A stretch of 64,000 nucleotides of DNA, taken from positions 78,676-142,675 of the forward strand of contig CALKGR010000003.1 of assembly GCA_938085445.1 (NCBI GenBank), given 5' to 3'. How positions within the stretch are numbered: the first letter of the stretch is position 1; the number at the start of each line of letters is the position of its first letter. This document shows, in pieces, positions 59,375 through 64,000 of this stretch. This DNA is from an uncultured Rubripirellula sp. GTDB lineage: Bacteria; Planctomycetota; Planctomycetia; Pirellulales; Pirellulaceae. A program made the translations under genes and the position numbers. Below the pieces are notes generated by a model. The model worked only from the letters and a program-made list of their open reading frames with translations. It made no database searches and was not told where the DNA came from.

Positions 59375-59700
59375 AGTTCTCCCTCTTAATCCGACCCCTG
59401 CGAAAGGCCTTGCATCAAAGAAGGCTGCCGAGCTACGGCAAGCTCTAGCAGATGGCGATCATGCGGAGGCACTGCTGCTGGATCCGGGCAATACGCAGGC
59501 GCTTGCGTGGAAGTTAGCAGCGGTAAAAAGCTTTGGCTGATGGTGATTACACCCGTGCCTTAATACTTGATTCGACTAATGCTGCTGCATTGGCAATGAA
59601 ACGACCCAAACAGCCAATGCACCATTCAACGCAGCGACAGCAAAGCAGCATCAGGAAGCGTGGGCGAAATACCTACAAGTTGAAACTCGGTTATACTACG
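59375..59700 (+). pseudogene. Frameshifted remnant of a repeat protein / FGE-SUMF1-type N-terminal linker
   Basis: ALADGDHAEALLLDPGNTQALA / ALADGDYTRALILDSTNAAALA / APFNAATAKQHQEAWAKYL in shifting frames. Confidence 0.6.
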
Positions 59701-59839
59701 CAACGCTGACACGGGCTATGCTGTTTGTGCTTTCAGGGCGCGCAAGTTCGTGTCTTTAATTTCCTCGTTTTGAATTATCTCGTTGTAACCGCGTATGTGA
59801 GATATCTACGGGCAATATGGCTATTAATTAGTACCGATA

Positions 59840-61216
59840 ATGGTTAAGAAAAACATCGATTTGGACTTGCTTGAGCCAAGAGACTGGTTCTTGAAAAGAT
59901 CTGAGACAGAAGAGATTGGTCCATTGAACGAAACCGCGCTCCGACAGTTGTTGGCAGTCGAGAGCTTGAATGAAAACTATCTCGTTCGTCAGGGCGATAG
60001 CCCGTATTTTCCGGCCAGCGATGTGCGGCAACTTCTTGATTCGCTTGATGAGGCAGGTTGGTATGTGCTCGACCAAGGGGTGCAGTACGGCCCTTTCATG
60101 CCGAAGAAAGTAAGGGCACTGTTCGACGTCGGCTTGTTTAACCCGAAGGTTGCTTTGATTCGTCAGGGTGCCGAGGGGGCTTGGTCAACATTTGCGATGG
60201 AGTTAGCTAATTCACGCCGCCGGTTGCGCCAAAATGTTGGCGACGAGGCGACGAAGCTAGAGTCGGCGGTTGGTCCGGGCGAGCCTACTGGTGTCAAAAA
60301 AGAGTCTCCGGTCATTTCCGGCTTCTGCAATTCTGGCGATACAGAAGCAATTTCGCCAACGTCCGTTGAGCCAACGAAGGAGACTGATTTCATCGGACAG
60401 GCTACACATTCTCAGACATTCGTGGACAAAACACCGAGTGAAGGAGAGGACGACGTTCAAATCGCCTCTTACTTAATTGCGCGTGACCAGCTAGATCGCT
60501 TGGATAGAGCTCGGCAAGTGGAAGCTGGTGAAGATATCTACAGAGCTGAAGCAAGTCTGCAAGAAGATATCAAAGAAATGCAAGATATTGGAGTCTCGTC
60601 AATCGTTAAACGTGACGCAACTCCTAGTGTGCGGGAAGTGGATCACGTGAGAAGCTTTGCTACCTCGAGCGATCCTAGTACTCAATTTTGTCCAAAGTGC
60701 GGGGTTGAATTTCCACTTACGGATAAGCGTTGTGAGTCGTGCTTTCGCATGGCGAAGGACAAAATCCGCAGGAATGCAAGCGGCGCTAATGGGTTGCCGT
60801 TCAGGTTCGAACTGTCCGGGATTGCTTCGTTACAAGGGGTAGGGTTTAAAGCCAAGGTCGCTCTTTGTGCTGCTTTTGCGGCTAGTGGCTATTTATTAAG
60901 CTGTTGGTTCACAGATGAGGTGGCCTACCGGAATTACGCGGGCAACAGAGGATTCATCGAGACTTGGATTCCGTTGATCTTGGGGTTAGCTCTTGTGGGC
61001 GTTGCCGGACTCGTGCTTCAGTTTGATCCAAGGTTGCGTGATAGGCCGAAGAATCAATTGGTATATACATCATGTTTTTTGGTGGTGGCTGTGATTAACT
61101 ACACGATAAAGAAGACGGAGTATCGGGAAGCAGACGCAAGGATAAGTGAGCAACAAGAGATGTGGATGCAGGCGATGGAGGGGGGAGCGTATCAAATCAA
61201 TCCAGAAAATGAGTAA
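59840..61216 (+). CDS. Tandem GYF_2 (DUF4339)-like domains, zinc ribbon and C-terminal TM helices
   Basis: WFL..EIGPL and WYV..QYGPF; CPKCG..CESC; three TM helices. Confidence 0.7.
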   Translation: MVKKNIDLDLLEPRDWFLKRSETEEIGPLNETALRQLLAVESLNENYLVRQGDSPYFPASDVRQLLDSLDEAGWYVLDQGVQYGPFMPKKVRALFDVGLFNPKVALIRQGAEGAWSTFAMELANSRRRLRQNVGDEATKLESAVGPGEPTGVKKESPVISGFCNSGDTEAISPTSVEPTKETDFIGQATHSQTFVDKTPSEGEDDVQIASYLIARDQLDRLDRARQVEAGEDIYRAEASLQEDIKEMQDIGVSSIVKRDATPSVREVDHVRSFATSSDPSTQFCPKCGVEFPLTDKRCESCFRMAKDKIRRNASGANGLPFRFELSGIASLQGVGFKAKVALCAAFAASGYLLSCWFTDEVAYRNYAGNRGFIETWIPLILGLALVGVAGLVLQFDPRLRDRPKNQLVYTSCFLVVAVINYTIKKTEYREADARISEQQEMWMQAMEGGAYQINPENE

Positions 61217-61282
61217 CATTCCTTCTTCTACTTCATATAAATTCCCGGTTCAGGTTGCGTGAGGAATCACATAGAAAACCCA

Positions 61283-62239
61283 TCAATGTTCGCTGTTCTG
61301 TAACTCCTGCTTGTCGATGGATGCTCTTGCGCGATTAAGACTCTCGTCTATGTTAAATGTTACCATCGACACAGAGCCATCTACCATCGCAACATTCCAG
61401 CCTGCGTAGTGTGCGCTTCCAAAGTCATGGCAAACCAAACAGTTGTTGGGGATGTCAACATGCGGTTGTCTTGCCGCGTATCTGACATAGGAATGTGTTG
61501 ATGCTCGGTGATCGGCATTACCGGCAAGTGGGGATCGGTCCCCAAAGCATGTCCCGGTGGTGTACCGCAACGTATCCATTGCTTTCTCGCCGACCAGATA
61601 TGTGTAGCTGAGGCCATCTCGTATATCGCGAGTTTTGGTTCGCTGACCATATCTCCATACACCATCAGCTTGGTTCTCGATTTGAATAGACTTTGGTGCG
61701 ACTTGCTTTGCTGGCCCGCCATTCATTGCATAGTCTAATCTTGCACCCCGATCGCCATACCGCTGTTGAAAACCTTTCACCAATGGATAAGTCCTGGCGT
61801 CACGTCGCGTTGGGCAGTGGTAAGCTGCTACCGTTCCCGTAACGGCATTCCCAATGTTTGTAAATGTGTGCTCCGCTATCTTGGACAATTGGTTGCCCAA
61901 TTCGTCGTGTCCAAGTGTGCCTAAAATCTGGCTAGGCCAAGGTGTGCCTTTCAAAGTTGGATCTCTTTTTCGATTCAGCACGTATGACACAGCAATTGGT
62001 TGCACTTCTCCTGCGTAACCAGGCAGTTCCCTGAATTTCGTTTCGTAGTTGATACAAGCCAAGGCAACTTGTTTCAGGTTGTTCTGGCACTGAACGATCC
62101 GTGCTGATTCTCTCGCTCCTTGGACTGCTGGTAATAGTAGGCCGATAAGAATGGCGATGATTGTCAATACCACGAGCAGTTCTACGAGCGTGAAACCACC
62201 TGAGCGGCCCCCGTATTGGTTGGTGTGCGGCATCTGCAT
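61283..62239 (-). CDS. DUF1559 prepilin-type protein
   Basis: [55 protein letters not shown]9-DG ([12 protein letters not shown]). Confidence 0.93.
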   Translation of the reverse strand: MQMPHTNQYGGRSGGFTLVELLVVLTIIAILIGLLLPAVQGARESARIVQCQNNLKQVALACINYETKFRELPGYAGEVQPIAVSYVLNRKRDPTLKGTPWPSQILGTLGHDELGNQLSKIAEHTFTNIGNAVTGTVAAYHCPTRRDARTYPLVKGFQQRYGDRGARLDYAMNGGPAKQVAPKSIQIENQADGVWRYGQRTKTRDIRDGLSYTYLVGEKAMDTLRYTTGTCFGDRSPLAGNADHRASTHSYVRYAARQPHVDIPNNCLVCHDFGSAHYAGWNVAMVDGSVSMVTFNIDESLNRARASIDKQELQNSEH

Positions 62240-62499
62240 TTTTCCTCGACTTTTTGCAATTAGCAAGATGTTTTCGGTGAAAGTCAACAAGCGTGAAATT
62301 TCGGCGTATCTCTTGGTCAATTGATGTGTCCGGGCTCATTAGCCTAGAATACCGTGGGGGTTCTGTGCAGACCACCACTTCGGCAATAAGATCGCTGCGG
62401 CGTAACACGCACAAACAAAACTCACTACCCCACAGTCTTTGCACCGAGTTGAGTGAGAGAATTTGGGTTGGGACTCCCTCTGGATCAATTCGGCTGCCC

Positions 62500-63062
62500 G
62501 CCAGTGTGTGCGAGTATTCGTTCTTGGTGGCGTCTTGGTGCACGCAATCGAGAGCGACGACGTGGACGATCGCGGTCGTCTGGCCGTGAGGGATCTGCCG
62601 CCGTGTTTAATCCGTGAACGGATTACCCAAGCCTGTTCTTTGATGGTCGAGAAGGAAACCGAAGATGACGTGGAAGTCACGCCTGCTCGGCCGCCGGGCT
62701 GGTTGATTGACGCGGTTCATCGCAGTGGCAGGTATGGCGGCGCGGTGCGTCCGCTGTCGGGCATTGTCGAGTCACCGACGATTCGCGTTGACGGCTCAAT
62801 GGTTCAGGCATCTGGTCACGATACGCGTATCGGACTGATTTATCGGCCGTCTGCGTCGTTTCTCCCCGTACCTGTAATTACCGACGAAAGATGACGCCAG
62901 GGAGGTTTTAGCGGTATTGCTGGACGTGTTGGCGGACTTCCCCATGTTCGCCGACGCGAACTGGTCGGCCTGGGTAGCGATGGTGTTGTCGATGATCGGA
63001 CGTTCGTGCATCGACGGCTATGTCCCCTTGTTCGCTGTGACAGCCAAGATTCGCGGTGCGGC
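62500..63062 (+). pseudogene. Phage/plasmid-type primase-associated ATPase remnant
   Basis: RPLSGIVESPTIRVDGS..GLIYRP / LLDVLADFP..VPLFAVTAKIRGAG, cut at the P-loop; frameshifted; GC-richer than flanks. Confidence 0.6.
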
Positions 63063-63133
63063 TATTCGATGCCGCCCGCCGGCGACCGCTTGAACACGCC
63101 ATGATGATCTAACGGGGACCGAACAAGGGCAAG

Positions 63134-63799
63134 TTGCTGGCGAAGGTTTTTGATGATCGCCGACGCGCACTCGAACAGCTCGGCACCGAACGAGTGTTGA
63201 TTTACAAGACTGCGGTGCTGACCGGGGTGCGGTTGAACGAACTGCGGACGCTGAAGTGTTGCGATTTGTCGTTTGGTGATGTCCCGTTCGTTAAACTGAA
63301 CCACACGAACGAAAAGAACCGGGGCGCTTCGACGCTGGCGATCCGGTCGGACTTGGCGGACGAACTGCAAGCATGGATCGCCGGCAAGGACCGGGGCGAC
63401 CGGGTGTTCGTCGTTTCCGATGGTTTGCTACGGATCATGGACCGCGATTTGAAGGCGGCCGGCATCCCCAAGAAAGACGCGGATGGCTGCGTGGTTCACG
63501 TTCATGCGTTGCGGCACTCATTCGGCACGCATCTATCGTTGGCCGGAGTCGCTCCAAGGGCTGCTCAGGCGGCAATGCGAGACAGCAACATCGTTTTAAC
63601 GATGGAAACCTATACCGACGCACGGTTGCTAGGCACGGCCGAAGCAATCGAGGCTTTGCCGATGATCCGCACGAAACCAGAAACCGCGACCGATGCCACC
63701 GCGACATCGACCGAGGAAACACGGGAAACGGAAGCTGAAACCACCCCACGAAAGCTCACCAATGCTTGCACCAAACCAGGGCCAAACAGGTCATCTTGA
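63134..63799 (+). pseudogene. Tyrosine recombinase/integrase, C-terminal fragment
   Basis: TGVRLNEL, HALRHSFGT, MRDS (expected H replaced), TMETYT; N-terminal domains missing. Confidence 0.85.
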
Positions 63800-63848
63800 G
63801 TCCATTCCTGACCATTTGGCGACCGATGAGGAGGACACGACCGGCACG

Positions 63849-63886
63849 AAAAAACCCCGCAAAACACAAGGTGTTGCGGGGTTTTT
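63849..63886 (-). terminator. Hairpin (probably bidirectional terminator) between tRNA and integrase remnant
   Basis: AAAAAACCCCGCAA...TTGCGGGGTTTTT. Confidence 0.7.
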
Positions 63887-63891
63887 GGGAG

Positions 63892-63965
63892 TGGGCGGTA
63901 GAGAATTCGAATCTCCGACCTCCACGATGTCAACGTGGCGCTCTAACCAACTGAGCTAACCGCCC
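63892..63965 (-). tRNA. tRNA-Val(GAC)
   Basis: GGGCGGTTAGCTCAGTTGGTTAGAGCGCCACGTTGACATCGTGGAGGTCGGAGATTCGAATTCTCTACCGCCCA; anticodon arm CCACG-TTGACAT-CGTGG; CCA not encoded. Confidence 0.97.
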
Positions 63966-64000
63966 AGATTCCGGCGTCTCAGAAGCATCAGCCTCAAGTT

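Noticed and set aside
43200..63800. att-site duplicate of the tRNA-Val 3' end
   Set aside because: Not found by eye, so the island's left boundary cannot be fixed; needs an exact search

Overview
Chromosomal window from a planctomycete (Pirellulaceae-like, judged from DUF1559, DUF1592 and Cys-rich beta-barrel genes). 1-36.7 kb is mostly core genome: hrpA, clpC, dnaN, a short dnaA, a probable oriC, iscS, scpB with a poly-acidic tail, hemA/ccsA, comEC, prolyl oligopeptidase, a Lys-rich histone-like gene, mrp and a DUF3299 cluster. 37-41 kb holds decaying genes (DUF4404, MBL-fold and UspE-like pseudogenes). 44.7-58.0 kb is the most notable part. It encodes four paralogous small secreted proteins sharing an FGLxx[VL]xx[LIM][ST]xxEGxx[IV]RGLG motif resembling a double-glycine leader, a stand-alone FapD-like C39 peptidase, a FapF-like outer-membrane barrel, two paralogous Cys-rich barrels (one with a BON domain), a bitopic membrane protein and a MamK-like actin, with no other magnetosome gene in the window. 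I propose it is a candidate undescribed protease-matured surface-fibre system coupled to an actin filament. 58-64 kb is mobile-element debris (IS3, primase and integrase remnants) next to tRNA-Val(GAC). All family calls come from motif recognition by eye, not from database searches.
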